NCBI GenBank assembly: GCA_964016885.1
Contig: OZ024743.1
Span: 217,248,001 to 217,312,000 of the forward strand
DNA length: 64,000 bases
Origin: Eledone cirrhosa
Taxonomy: Eukaryota
Reading direction: 5' to 3'
Shown: positions 1 to 14,391 of the stretch, piece by piece
How positions within the stretch are numbered: position 1 is the stretch's first letter
How the letters are laid out: each line of letters begins with the position of its first letter
Notes under the pieces: generated by a model
Databases searched by the model: none
The model's input: only the letters and a program-made list of their open reading frames with translations
Told to the model about the DNA's origin: nothing
Position numbers and translations under genes: made by a program

Positions 1-986
1 GAAATGGTCTAGCCATTTCCTCTTCCTATCCTCGGGCCCCGTTCCCTGGATCTGACTCGAACACCTCTTCCTCCCTGTGATCTCGTTGATGATCATCCAG
101 CTCTCCTTACATCCAGATCTGTCAACCGCTCTCTCCACACTTCTGATCTTCTCTATCAGTGCCTCCTCTCTGACCTCAGTGTAAGCGGTACAGAGTTCTT
201 CCCTCATCACCTCCACAGTCTCCATCCCCTCCTCCGTAGGATCAGCATAGAATTGGTCCTTGGCAGCCTTCAGGTGTTCTCTGGCTGCACACACTTTTGG
301 GTTTGCAGAGCTGACGTGCTTCCCTTTGTTCTTTTTCCTCGGCATCAGGGTTTCACTTGCTTCCGCCACTGCATTGGTGAAGTGCCCGTACCTCCTTGTC
401 ACACTCTCCTCAGTCCATCCAATCTCTCTCTCCTCTGACTCTCCACACAGAGCACTAAACCTGTTTCTCACTTCCACTGTGAACCTCTCCTGTAGCTTAT
501 CATCTTCCTTGGAAGCTCTCCAGTCATAGATTGCTCTCCGGGGTCCGAGCCTTGCTCATTCTTAAGCTCACCCGGACCTCACTCATAACAAACCGGTGAT
601 CACTACCCAGTGTACTGAAATAACTGTATGGTTCTGTGATCAGAACACTATTCCGCCACTTTTTCCTCACCAGAATGAAATCAATCTGGGACTTGGACAG
701 GAGCACATCTGAGATGTAGGTCCACATCTTCCCCAGATTCTTCCTAAACCTTAGGTTGGTCGCCATCAAGTTCGCCTCCAGCAGGGTGTCTCTCAGTAGT
801 CTTCCATTTCGGTTGGTGTTGTTATGGAAGTACCAGAAAGGATCTTCACTGCCCTCCTTACTCAGATGTGCATTGAAGTCCCCCAAAACAAGCAGGATAT
901 TGTGTGCCTAAGTGGTGTTGACAGCTCTACACAGCTCCTCGTGGATCTCTTCCGCACTCACATCACTGTCCCCCTCGGTTGGACTA
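1..986 (-). mobile_element. RTE-clade LINE, inverted 5' segment (APE endonuclease and linker), degenerate
   Basis: The minus-strand translation has APE motifs (SPT..., LGDFNAH, TNRNG..L, SQIDFILV, SDHR) with in-frame stops. It runs off the left edge of the window. Confidence 0.85.
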
Positions 987-1935
987 TGACAGAGTTCTTT
1001 GAGATACTGGCTGGAGTGCTCCAGGGAGATACATTTGCTCCCTACCCTTTTTAAAATCGTAGTGGACTATTGTATGCGCCTTGCACTGGAGAAACACCAG
1101 AACCCTGGCTTTACTGTAGCACCGGCTCAGAGCAGGAGAGTCAGGGCGAAAAAGGTATCGGATGCTGAATTTGCCGACGACATAGTTTTGGTGACAGATA
1201 CAGTGAAGGAGTCAGAGGATTTGATGTGGGAGGTTGAGACTGTGTCAATGAGTGTGGGGCTGAGAATGAATGAGACTAAAACAAAATATCTGGTAGAGAA
1301 TGTTGAGAAGCCAGAGGGGATCACTAATGTAGGCGGGAAGCCGCTAGAATTGGTTGAGGGCTTCCTGTATTTGGGAGCAAAGATTGGGAATACGGAAGAT
1401 GATGTGGTTGATAGGAAGAGCAAGGCCTGGGCGGCGTGCCACAGCTTGAGATCGGTGTGGAAGTCGGACCTTCGTAAAGATCTGAAGGTCCGCCTCTTCA
1501 TTGCTGTAGTGGAGTCTGTGCTGCTGTATGGGTCTGAGACTTGGACACTGACCAAGAAAAAAACTCAGATGGTGGATGGGTGCTACACGAGAATGTTGAG
1601 GATGGCTCTGAACATTAATCAGTATACACTGAGGATGAAGAACTCAGAGCTGTATGGGAGCATCCCAAAAGTCAGCTCAAAAGTGACACAGAGGAGACTG
1701 AGGTTAGCTGGACATGCTCACCGACATCCAGAGTTGACATTGCACTCAGTGCTCCTTTGGGAGCCCCTACATGGACACACTAGAAGAGGAAGACCAAGGT
1801 TAACGTATGTTGATGCCCTAAGGACAGACACTGGTCTGTTGGAGACGCAGGACATGGCAGCGATAATGAGGGACAGAGACCGCTGGAGAGAACTCGTCCA
1901 TGGATCTCGGGAATTTTACCCGCCTTAGATAGATA
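987..1935 (+). mobile_element. RTE-clade LINE 3' part (RT C-half and 3' end), frameshifted pseudogene
   Basis: GVLQGDTFAPY, then a frameshift near 1050, then FADDIVL, FLYLG, ESVLLYGSETWTL, RRLRLAGH and RRGRP; the stop at 1928 is followed by a short tagatagata tail. Confidence 0.9.
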
Positions 1936-2980
1936 TATGCAAGACGGGGAGCGTTTGAAGGAATTATATTAATAAATTTATAAAATAAAAATAACTCGAT
2001 GAAAAATGAGTTGATATCCATATATGCATATGTGTGCGCATGTGCTATATTGTTATCAATATAATACTAGAAAGCTTGCCGATTTGATTTTTTTTTCATT
2101 GTTATTGATAATATTGTTGCTATTGTTGTTGTAGTTATGTTGTGGATGCTGCTGCTACAATCGTTTGCTGAAATCTTCCCTATTGTATTAGCTTTACATC
2201 ACCATATCTGATGGGAAAAAAAACGTTTGCAGATACTTGTTGTATCGAATATTTTCTCTCTCGGAAGGTGTTCGATATATCGAACAAACTTTCTTTAAGG
2301 TGGTAACTATGTGATATATCAGATAATCGAATATATTCAGCTGAGGTCATATTTAAATACATCTAAGAGACTGGTTCTGGGTAAACATTCATTTGAATTT
2401 GTTTTTATCAAACAGCTGAGTAAAAAAGCTACTCGGAAAATCGTTGAAAAATTAAAGCAGATATGACCTGAATATATCCTTATTTAGTATATTATAAAGT
2501 TTGTAATCAGTTGAAACAATCATTTGTCATATGAAGCTGACTCAATTACTACATGAAACACATTTACCTCCGTTTTATATCTGATTTAATAAACTCAAAC
2601 GAAGCATAAGCTACATTCTGCCTTTGATGTAGTGAATAGTTCCTACTGATGTAAACACAGAGTATATTGAGAGATCGAGATATGAGAAATCATTGCATAG
2701 TTCGAACAGATTGTATTTTGATAATGGCACCTGATTACATTAAACAGATTTTATCCAGGTGGAAATGGTCAATAAAAATGTTAATTCATTACTATTGCTT
2801 TGCGGAACTACCTGATGATGAAAGGGAAATGATTACTGATGGTTAATTATGGAAATAGTGTGTCTAGTTTGCTAGAAATAATAATTCAGCTACAGTTGGT
2901 ATAATCGCATAAACTTTCTCTGAAATATTTGTCCTCTAGACGGTTAATGAATACTATATGTTGCACACTACAATACAACG

Positions 2981-3011
<31 letters not shown>

Positions 3012-3104
3012 GTTTATATATATGTGTGTGTGTGTATGTGTGTGCGTGTGTGTGCATGTGTGTGCATGTGTGTGTGTTGTTCATTGACGAAGAAAAAAGT
3101 ACTC

Positions 3105-3160
3105 AATAACTGACGATCCTGTGATGAACAGGCAAAACTCTATAGTAACCGGAGTCTCAA
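3105..3160 (+). ncRNA. Degenerate hammerhead ribozyme motif (PLE remnant)
   Basis: CTGACGA (3110-3116), cctg/cagg stem II, AAAAC in place of GAAAC, tc...ga stem III, then GTC. Confidence 0.4.
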
Positions 3161-3239
3161 TTTAGTTTACAAGGGACATTATTGTAATATGTCTACCAGT
3201 GCATGACCGAAACATGTTATCAGCCCTAAGTCACAAAAG

Positions 3240-3350
3240 GCAAACTTGACCTTTAATAGGGTTTGAACTCTGAACACGAAGCGATGCAATTGAATTTTTA
3301 GATGGCGGTTTTCCGGCAAATCTCGTGATGTGACCATTCGCTACCGTTAT
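3240..3350 (-). mobile_element. tRNA-derived SINE fragment
   Basis: The minus strand has a B-box-like cagagttcaaacc followed by gtcaagtttgcctttt, like the other SINE copies. Confidence 0.5.
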
Positions 3351-4212
3351 CTCAAATCTATATATGTATGTATGTATATATGTGGGCGTGTGTGTGAGTG
3401 TATGTAATATACATGGAGAAAAAGGGGAGGGAAAATTCAAAATGTATATTTATATATACAAACACACGCACCGACATGTTTATATACATCTATGTATCAC
3501 TATATATGCATAGAGTGAAACAGACCGATCTTTTGATCACTGTGAAGAGACAAGCAGGATGTTGTCAATTGTTTGTATAAGAGAGAAGTCTAGAGGGGAA
3601 GATATTGGACGGACAGAGAGAAAAGGGAAACAGAGTGGGATAGAAAACGGGGAAAAGTAAAGGGAGAAAAAAAAAGAGAGAGAGAGAGAGAGAGAGTGAG
3701 ATGAATGATGGTGAAATGAAAATCTACAAATCTGCCATAAAATACGTACACTTATACATACATACGTATACATGTAAATAAACATTGATATCGTTACATC
3801 TGTTGAACACGAAAAGAATAAATTTTATACGTAAACACAAATTGATTCTCTATCGATAAGTGGGCACATATACATCAACGCGAAGCATAAATATTAATAG
3901 ACGCATATGCATCGATAGATAACAACACAAATCAATAGATCCATATGAATCATTAACTGAAAGTAATATTGCAGAAAATGCTCGCGAACATGAAACACGT
4001 ATCAGACTAACAATAGATGCAGACGCATGCCTGAAAACCTGTGTATGCATCAAATGTAAGCCAGAGACGTGTTAAAAGATATAGCCAATACGCCACCAGT
4101 ACTCTATATACGACTGATAAATTAAAGATATATGCTATACCATAAACTTCATAAGTTGATATGTACATTTATTATTAATCAGAAACTGTCTTTATCACTC
4201 CCTTTATATATA

Positions 4213-4281
<69 letters not shown>

Positions 4282-4324
4282 AAGCACACTCGTATATACA
4301 TATACATATATGTGTGTGTGAGAG

Positions 4325-4364
<40 letters not shown>

Positions 4365-5965
4365 CGGGAGAGAGAGAGAGAGAGAGAGAAAGATAGATTG
4401 TACGTGTGTTTGAGTGTGTACGTGCGTGTAGTAAGATTAATATGGAGAAAGAGAGAATGAAAGATATATCAACATAATTCATTAATATCTGCATTATTTA
4501 AAATGTGATACATTTGTGATTAGAAACTTAGATACTTAATCACAAAATGCATACATTCACAAACACAAGGACGTATATGTATTACAGCCGCACAAACACA
4601 CACACATATATATATATGAGTATGTGTTTGTATGTGAGTGCTATATTTCTGTTTAGATTATTCAGATTGAGAGATACAAATTCCATAATCCGTTCTTGAT
4701 AATTTACATGAGCTATATTTAACATATAATATTGAGGATTTAATGATTCGTGAGAATTTTAGTAACTATTAATTTTATTTCTGTTTCCTAAGAGTAGTTG
4801 TGTCTATTGCCATCGCAATATCTATTAAACTGATTATCTTTTCATTTATTTATTAAGAAAAATTATTGTTGCCTATTACATCCACTCCAATGTTTCATAC
4901 ATGTCGGAGGTCTAATATTGAGGTCCAATTCTGGATAATTTTAATAGACATTCTAAATGTTGGAAATAAATTTCCTCTCTAATTATAATCCATGTTATTT
5001 TGTATTATGTAACGATACGATAACGCAATTATTATTTAAGTGCAGGTTCCGTGCGTTATAGGGGAAACCTTGCTGCTGCTCTTGTCTACGAATTAGTTTC
5101 TATTTTCAGTTCTTCCAATTTGTCTCAATGTCGATGAAAACGAATGCTCGGCATCGAAAATCGTGATGTGTTCACGCTTGTTAATCTGAGGCATTATGTT
5201 CGAATAGGAAATCAGGAAATAAGTAAACCCCCTCGGTTACTAGTTCCAGAACGCCTGATAATTTTCTGTAAAAATAGATTTCCTGATTAGAAATTGATAG
5301 TGAGTGGAACCTGTATTTATGAATTCTAATATGTTTAATAGAATGACATAAATCTCCAATTGGCATTTGTTTTGTCATACACTATTTGGAAGTTGCATTA
5401 ATCTGACAGGTGACCTCATATCAGACTTTAAAACTAACGCAATTAGGGGATCAAAGATTTAATTTAACAAATAGATGCAGATTAAAAGTGTTTTTGGAAT
5501 AGTAAAAATATTATCTTCACGATTAAGTGATTAATATAGTATGTAATTCGTATCTAGTGTTTGTAATTTTAAATACCGAGTTCAGTTAGTTTGTGATCAC
5601 CTATAATAAATAAATATTTAATATCTATTTAGAGTGATTAAGCAGAAAAAATTTAAATAACTCTGGTCTAATGGCATACAGTTTAGTCAAATATGCAAAT
5701 TTGGCCTCCAATTTCTACAAAATAAACATTTGTAATTATAGCGACAAGAAAATAACTAGTGCTTGAATATTGATATATCTACATTTATGCTTGTTATAAA
5801 AAATTGTCGCAATTATTGATAGCAAGTTAAAAATGCTACATTGACATATATTTAATACGCGCACATATATATACAAGTATATATAACTATATATATATAC
5901 ATGTATATATGTGTGTGTGTGTTTGTATACACATATTTTTATATGTACATGTCTGTGTGTGTGTA

Positions 5966-6035
<70 letters not shown>

Positions 6036-6074
6036 TATACATAATTAGGCAAACAGTTTATTGACTGCGGATTG

Positions 6075-6225
6075 CGAATTGGCAGTACCGTTAGAAAGTC
6101 GGATTGAATGCATTGTGGTATTTGTTCAGGTTTTCTCCTCCTGAGTTCAAATCCTACCTTGGCGAACTTTGCCTTTCACCCATTCGAGGTCGATAAAAAG
6201 AGGGCCAGTCAAGTTTGTACACCAA
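6075..6225 (+). mobile_element. tRNA-derived SINE with Nin/Deu-like core
   Basis: A-box-like tggcagtaccgttag, B-box gagttcaaatcc, and core actttgcctttcacccattcgaggtcgataaaa. Confidence 0.7.
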
Positions 6226-6462
6226 TCAACACAGGGTAGTTTGAAGTCTCCCATCATTAATAATTAACACAGAATGGCAGTGTTGCATACAACACTTAAT
6301 GATGTTGAGAGATTCTTTGAAACACAGTACAGGAGTTAGGGGTGGCCTATATACACCAACTGGTATCAAGCATGACGTTTGTTGTGCACGGTGACTAATG
6401 ACCCTATGATAAGCATAGAAAACTCCAGAGTAATAAGACTCACTATTTAGTCTAAACAAATC

Positions 6463-6520
<58 letters not shown>

Positions 6521-6525
<5 letters not shown>

Positions 6526-7548
6526 AAAAAAAGATGAAATCGAAAATGCAACTGGTGTCTTATTTTTAAAAAAATATATATATTTATTTGGTTCCTTTAC
6601 CAGTTTCGCAGTTCTTCAGCTTTTCAAAAGTAGAGTTGAGATGGAGGGTCTGTGGTTTTTTCTCACATCTGGTTGGTCTCTGAATGTTACTTGTTTTATA
6701 TGGAAAAAAGTGGCTCGAAATGCCAGGTTTTTAGAGAAGTAATTTGATTGGTTGGTCAATAATTATAATAAATTTCGCGCCAGTTCGCGTTACAAAGTTC
6801 TTCATATATGAGTGTTTGAATTTCTTTTTACTTAAAAAACGTAATTTGATTGGTTATAAATTTAATAAACGTAATTTGATTGGTTATGAATTAAATTATG
6901 GCGCTCACATGAACAAGTTTTCATTAAATTTTCGCACCCTTATTTGGAAATCTATTCTGTAGCCTTTTTAGAGAATTTTATGACAAGCAAAAGCTAATGG
7001 TCAAGAGAAATTGGATGGGAGAATTGTTCTGGTTCAGTGAATATGGTTAGTTCGCTGGGGTGTCATAATTCAGATTTTCTATTGAATAAAGAAAGTAAAG
7101 ATATGTATGTTTATTTGTGTGCTTGTCTGTGTGTGTGTGTTTGAATTGTTTAAGTAAAAAGATATTCAAACACTCATTTTTGAAAAACGACCCCCCCCCC
7201 CCTTGTTTGAAGAACTTTGTAACGCGAAATGGCGCGAAATTTATTATAATTATTGAACAACCAATCAAATTACTTCTCTAAAAACGTGGCATTTCGTGCC
7301 ACTTTTTTCCATATAAAACAAGTAACATTCAGAGACCAACCAGATGTGTGAAAAACCACAGACCCTCCATCTCAACTCTACTTTTGAAAAGCAGAAGAAC
7401 TGCGAAACCGGTAAAGGAACCAAATATATATATATATTTTTTTTTTAAATAAGACTCCAGTTGCATTTTCGATTTCATCTTTTTTTCTTTATACTTTCAC
7501 TCGTGTAGCACACCTCGGTTATTTTTCACTTTGTAAAAAAAACCTCGC

Positions 7549-7556
<8 letters not shown>
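6521..7556 (+). mobile_element. Fold-back PLE 3'-end fragment: inverted arms 6521-6835 and 7137-7491, about 64-bp tail, flanked by (TA)n
   Basis: The arms are reverse complements, there is a hammerhead motif in the right arm, and a second family member sits at 28697-29043. Confidence 0.7.
7381..7416 (+). ncRNA. Minimal type I hammerhead ribozyme, U3-A8 core variant
   Basis: ctt-TTGAAAA-gcag aagaa ctgc-GAAAC-cg-GTA-aag; stem III is the palindrome ACCGGT. Confidence 0.6.
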
Positions 7557-7588
<32 letters not shown>

Positions 7589-8060
7589 CCACAGTCAAAA
7601 ATGGTACACAATATATTAATAGAATATAGGTATCATTACTACATATATTTATATATATATGTGTGTGTGTGTGTATATGTATATATGGTGGGGAGGTGTT
7701 TGCCTGTGTTTATGTGAGTGTTATGGCTAGGCTACGTGAACCATTTGTGAACTATTGAAGAAACTTAGCAGCTGAAAAGTATAACGCCGGAAAAAAAAAT
7801 GAGAAATATCTTGGAGAAGCTCTACTAAAACTTATTAATCGATAGATACAATTCTCACTTAAGGCCGTGAAGCAGACTAAACGATGTCTAATGCACTGCT
7901 TTGGTTTTCTACTTTTCTATTTAATCTATTTTCTTTCTTTCCATTTCTCTACATCTCTCTCTCTTCCCCTTACACATTCACACACAAAGCCATACATACA
8001 TACACACACCTATATGTATACACCTATATGTTTCTATGTGCTCATGCATATATCTATGTG

Positions 8061-8196
<136 letters not shown>

Positions 8197-8232
8197 CACA
8201 CACATATATATGCTTATATATATATATATAAG

Positions 8233-8418
8233 TTTATCCCGAGTTCAATCGGGGGTAATCACAGTAAGTGAGGTACTCAATACAAAGCAGAATATAAATA
8301 TTTAATATAGAAAAGCTTTTTCAGGACTAGAAGTGTTTAATTCGGGAGAAATCATCTGGCTTCCTGATGATTTCTCCCGAATGAAACAGTTCTAGTCCTG
8401 TAGAAGCCTTTCTATATT
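8233..8418. mobile_element. Small fold-back PLE fragment with hammerhead
   Basis: Imperfect hairpin at about 8303-8418, embedded in (TA)n. Confidence 0.6.
8358..8408 (+). ncRNA. Type I hammerhead ribozyme
   Basis: ggcttc-CTGATGA-tttc tccc gaat-GAAAC-ag...ct-GTA-gaagcc, with a 6-bp stem I. Confidence 0.7.
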
Positions 8419-8435
8419 ATATATATATATATATA

Positions 8436-8948
8436 TGGTGGCTACCAACTCGTTTTCGAGTATGGCCACCACTTTATATCCATGTAGGAGAACCCCTGTC
8501 GATGCACTGAACGATGCATTGACACATAGTGCTGGGGCCATGGTACATGTGACGACAAGTGCAGAGAGATCTCCAGATATAAAGCAATGCCTGTGCCGTG
8601 AAGCTTTTATAGTGAGCAAAGGCACTGCACAAAGCCAGTCTCACTCTCTTAACCAAGATGATATTTACCAAAAAGAAGAACAAGTCAACATCATTCGATA
8701 CCATCTGGGTTGCAGGTGTTATATCAGAGTTTTCCTTCTCCTAGAATTCTGCCTTGACAAAGGCTAAGGCGTCATCTCTCCCGGTGATTTTGGATGGCCA
8801 TTGACTCTTAAGAGCTCCTTTGCCCTTTGACAGGTTTTGTTTTTAGTCCGGCAGAATGTCCAAAGTCACCCTCCTCACCAAGAAACCTTGGTGGGATTAC
8901 CAGTTTAGTCGCCAACGACCCGATCATGAGACAGGTTGTACTGGGATA
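8436..8948 (-). mobile_element. Non-autonomous internally deleted RTE derivative (5'UTR fused to 3' end)
   Basis: Reverse-complement homologue of 35055-35663, with the RTE 5'UTR-like ctaggagaaggaaaactctg motif and a 3' end ctcgaaaacgagttggtagccacca into (TA)n. Confidence 0.7.
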
Positions 8949-9119
8949 TATATATATACATACATACATACATATATGTAGAGAGAGAGATAAATACATA
9001 CATACATTGTGTTTGTCTCTGTGAAAGGCTATGTGCGAAATGTCAATATTCTCTTCTTAGAGCATGTCTAAACTCATTTAACAAAGTCAGACAAAATGGA
9101 GATTTTATTACGCGTCCAC

Positions 9120-10620
9120 GATAATCCGCGGCACCATTGTTTGGTTCAGGTGATGTGGTGGTGATAATTCACGGATGTAGTTGTTGAGTCTGTATTTTTC
9201 TCCACTAGGTATCAATTTTGGAGAGAATTTTCAATTGATGTATTTGTTATGTGTAGTAATGGTGCTTCCCTTTCGTGCTTGCTGTTTGGAGCCATCTATT
9301 CCGCTCACACACGAGAGCTGGCTGAAACTATGATTTTCTTTCTGGGTCGTCCGGGACCGGTGGATTATAGTTGATTACCAGGACGCTTCATCGATGGCAG
9401 CAAAACATTCAGTCAGTTTCCTCTTGATAGAAATCGCAAGCTTTCCAGTACATAAATCCACCCACGAAGCAAGGCTATAGTTGCTAGAGATCGGTGTCTT
9501 ATATTTTCTCTGGAATACCTATCTTTGTTTGAAGATGGATCCGTTAGGCACGACCGTAGAGAGGAAGTTTCTTCCCAGAAGACTCTTGGCAGGGTTTCGA
9601 AAATTGCATGCTGAGGCTTTTGCGGATGCGTGCATTCTTCTCTTATAATTTGAAGTGAAACTTTTTAAACATTGTGTGAGAAGTACTTCTGGTAATTATG
9701 GCTCTATGATTAGGGACAGAAAACTCTTATCTATGTTCATTCATTGAGAACTCTGGATTGAAGAGCTGATTAAACCAAATTATTCTAAATGTCTTGATTG
9801 TGGGTGTGATATTGTACTGTTTTTTTAGTGAAGTCACTTCTCGTTAATACCTCGGTGGAAATAAGTGCTGACCAGTTGATATTCTACTTATCACATTTAA
9901 CATTTCCAAAATGAAATTTGGGATGGGTGAATTTGCTATGTGTATATAACGTTTGTTTTTTATTTATCTATGTTGATGGTGACTGTTGAATTTCAGTGGA
10001 ATTATTTGAAGATATTTATAAGAACTTTTTCTGAACTCATCCATAGTGCGGCCTTTCACAGGGCAAGATTGCTAGAATATTATCTTTGTACTTGGCTGAG
10101 ATGGAGCTGCGTTTGTTTTCTGAGAGTATCAAGGAGTAATACGTTGAGTATATCAACGATATCTGCCCAGTGATAGAATCCCAGGGATATGTTGAAAAGA
10201 GAATAAACGTGTAATTGAACTGTAGAGATCGGTTGGTGCTCAGAATTATTTCGATGTCAACGTCACCTATCCCAAAGGATTGTTTAATCAACATTGTGGT
10301 TTATTAGCAGGAAGAATGTGGGAGGTTAAAGTACATGATGTCGAACTTGGTAAATGCGCAGCCTGCTTTATTTCGATGTTGCAAAACCAGCTGATAACGG
10401 CGTTACTGCTGTCCCATTCACCAAGGCAGGTAATTCTTTTTACTTCGAGCAAGAATGAGCTTACTAATTGTGCCTAATTCTCTCTCCGAGGTGTTAATTA
10501 GTCTGCAACTATGGTGGAAAGGAAGTATAGTTTCTGATCCTTAAGCATGACATAGTGGCATGAGGCAATCAGCATGGCCTGCTATCTTCCGGATAGCAGG
10601 CTAGTGTATCTAGCTCTTTA
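9120..10620 (-). pseudogene. Heavily decayed Penelope-like (Naiad-type) RT/GIY-YIG element
   Basis: Broken minus-strand frames give YVMLKDQK...CRLINTSERELGTISKLIL, W...AVISWF, FTKFDI, RIIWFNQLF and FKQR, in PLE RT-to-EN order with many stops and frameshifts. Confidence 0.7.
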
Positions 10621-10799
10621 ACTTTAGAATTTATGTCGTAGCGTGTTTTGCCATTGTCTATATCTTACATGATATTCTGTCTATCTCTTCCATAGCCGTG
10701 TACACTTTAAACACTTGTTATAGTAAATAGGTATGATTCTAGATTAATATTGCAGTCATTAGATTTTGACGCATATATTTAATATATCTACACACACAC

Positions 10800-10921
<122 letters not shown>

Positions 10922-11176
10922 GTCCACGTAACAAAGAGAATGGCCAGTTTAATAGTGCCTCCTCCCCTATACAGCGGTGGGTCCCGTAACCATTAGTAGT
11001 AAATATATGTTAAGTGTATGAAACTTTGTTTACTCTATATATATATGTATATATATATATATGTATATGTGTGTATATATATATATATGTGTGTATATAT
11101 ATATATGTATATATGTATATATACATATGTATTTGTGTGTATGTGTATATACACACACACACAGCCACACACACAG

Positions 11177-11275
<99 letters not shown>

Positions 11276-11661
11276 TATATATATGTATATATAATTCATT
11301 AATTCTACACATTCATTTTGCATTTATTTTTCAAGTATTTCTTTTATGCTGTTCTTTGCTGTCCATTTTAACGCCTTCAAATTTTTTTTTATATTCTGTA
11401 TTTCTTTCATCCTCATTAACTCTTTTATATTTCGCAGTGTTTTCTTGTTGTTGGTACTGTTGTTGTTGACTTTTAAATTTAATATGTTTCATTCTTATAT
11501 TTAAATTTACTGAGATGTATGTAGTAAAATGTGTGGCAGTGAGCTGGAGCTAAACTGTAATTTTATTGCAAAGAAATTATATTTCATTTTCTTCTATATT
11601 TCTTTTTCTCTTAGAATCATTTATTGCTTTCATTTATTAATATTGATTTATCTATATGTAC

Positions 11662-11732
<71 letters not shown>

Positions 11733-12378
11733 CGTATGTGTGTATTTGTGTGTTTGTATGCGTATGTGTGTATGTGGATCATACATGTATGTATCCATGT
11801 ATGTATATAATTAGGTATGTATGTATACATTTATGAATGCGTCAACATATATTAACGTATATACATACACATATATGTATTACCTACCTCCTCACGATCT
11901 CTCCCTCTCTCTCTTTCACTCCCTCTTTCTCACTCTCTCTCTCTCTTTCTCCCCAACACACACACTCTATAAACACATACATTTATATATGTATGTATAT
12001 TCGTATGTATGTACGTAAGCACGTATTTATGTAGGTAGGTGCGTATGTATAATTCACCTAGTTTCCTTTCTCTCTTCTGTATGTATGTCGGCATATATTT
12101 CTGTTTGTTGGTTTAAGCAGTTAAGCCGTTGAAAGCCAAGAAAGAGACAGCGTGCAGCGATGAGGTAGGAGGATCATAAAGAGCAACGGCGAGAAGGAAG
12201 ATTTATAACAGCGAGCGAAACGGGGATGGGGATATATAAAGAATTAAGTAGGGAGAAGAAGAGAAAGAGGCGGACATAAGACTTGCCAATAGTATATAGT
12301 CATACATACGTATATGTTATCTTTCTCATATTGTTTTATATATTTGTGAACGTTTGTTTGCATTTCTGTGACTGCATG

Positions 12379-12444
<66 letters not shown>

Positions 12445-12445
<1 letters not shown>

Positions 12446-12630
12446 ACGAAGGAAATGTGGTAATGAACCAGGTGGACCATAACGCACCAAAGTACTCAAT
12501 ACTTAGAGTAGTAGAGTGGGTAATAGGAACGAGTAGGACCCCGAGGGCTGAGCTCAAGCCGTTTCGACGGCTTATTCAGAATTAGCCGTCGAAACGGCTT
12601 GATCTCAGCCGTCGGGGTCCTACTCGTTCC

Positions 12631-12632
<2 letters not shown>
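12445..12632 (-). mobile_element. PLE 3'-end fragment with inverted duplication (family A, copy 1)
   Basis: Hairpin at 12524-12632 containing the 3' half of a hammerhead (GAAAC-GGCT...AGCC-GTC). Homologues lie at 29082, 53686 and 53959, all in (TA)n. Confidence 0.65.
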
Positions 12633-12663
<31 letters not shown>

Positions 12664-12698
12664 CTGTGTGTGTGTGTGTATCTATATCTATATATAGT

Positions 12699-12777
<79 letters not shown>

Positions 12778-12809
12778 TTATATATAGGTATATATATACT
12801 AATATATAT

Positions 12810-12864
<55 letters not shown>

Positions 12865-12957
12865 AGTTTATATATATTTACGTATGTCTATGTATATGAG
12901 AGAGTGCATGTGTGACTGCTCGCAGTCTATATTTATGTATCTATCTGTATCCATACC

Positions 12958-13038
<81 letters not shown>

Positions 13039-14176
13039 TATCGAGACAGAGAGAGAGGGAAAACACACGCGCGCGCACATATTTACACAAATATATATAT
13101 ATATATATACACACACACAAATATATATAGACACACAATCACATGAGTGTGCGTGAGGGGCGTGGTGGAGTGTATAAGTGTGAGACAGGAAGAAAGAGTA
13201 CGAGAGAAGAAGAGAGAGTTTAGTAGAGACAGTAAGACTGAGGCATATGAATCAAAAAGGGATAACGAAGAAGATAAGAAAGAGATCTCATGAATGAGGT
13301 ATGTAATGTGTAAGCAGACAAGAGATGAATATGAGAATGAATTACGTAGAATGATCTAGAAATAGAGATGCGAAGAAAAGTAAATAATAATAATAGTGAA
13401 AACGATGTAATGAAACATAAGAGTCTTGAATCTTGAGAATATGAAGCAAATGGATTAGACGGAAAAGAGTGGTGTGGGGGAAAGATGTAATAGTGGGAGA
13501 GAATGTGTTTGGTAAGTAAATAACAGTGATTAATCCATAGGGCATAGAAGGAAAATATGTAAGAGATGTGTATGTGTGTGGGGGTGGGGGTGAATAAGTG
13601 TATAACTCTTGACTGAATACTTGTATGCGTTTGTGTAAAAAGAGCGAAGGCGATTTAAAAGGAGATTATGTGTGTAGAGGAACCAAATTAAGAAAAAACT
13701 TATTAGAAAATAATGTAAGTTCTAATTGCATCATTAGCACGTTATTTACGTCAGAATTTGAAGTTAGTCTGCTTCGCTTAGGTTACATACAACTATGTCT
13801 CTAATCGTTTAGTTGAGATTTTCATGGACATTGTATATGCACTTCCAGTCTTACTGATACAGCCGTACACACGTATAGACAAAGGTACTGACGTAGATAT
13901 ACGCACAAAGGCAGAGGCTATTAAAAATAAACGGATAAGTGAATAAACGCATATACTTACTATCTTTTAAGTAGCGAGCGTGTATATCTTGCTCTAGTTC
14001 TGTCTCAGTGTGTACATGTACAATAACAAATATACACGCACATATATACATGAACAAATAGGCATATTATTTGTGATCACTCATATTAACATATAGTATA
14101 CGTACTGTGTTTATGCCTCGTTCTATTTTACACAATATATACACACACACATATATATATATATATATTGTGTAAA

Positions 14177-14391
<215 letters not shown>

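Noticed and set aside
1127-1555. 142-aa minus-strand ORF
   Set aside because: It is the antisense shadow of the RTE RT frame.
2811-2830. CTGATGA...GAAA near 2812
   Set aside because: No supporting stems I-III.
6521-7556. MITE or Helitron interpretation of the inverted repeats
   Set aside because: The arms are asymmetric with a one-sided tail, the fold point differs between copies, and a hammerhead motif is present, all of which fit PLE pLTR inversions.
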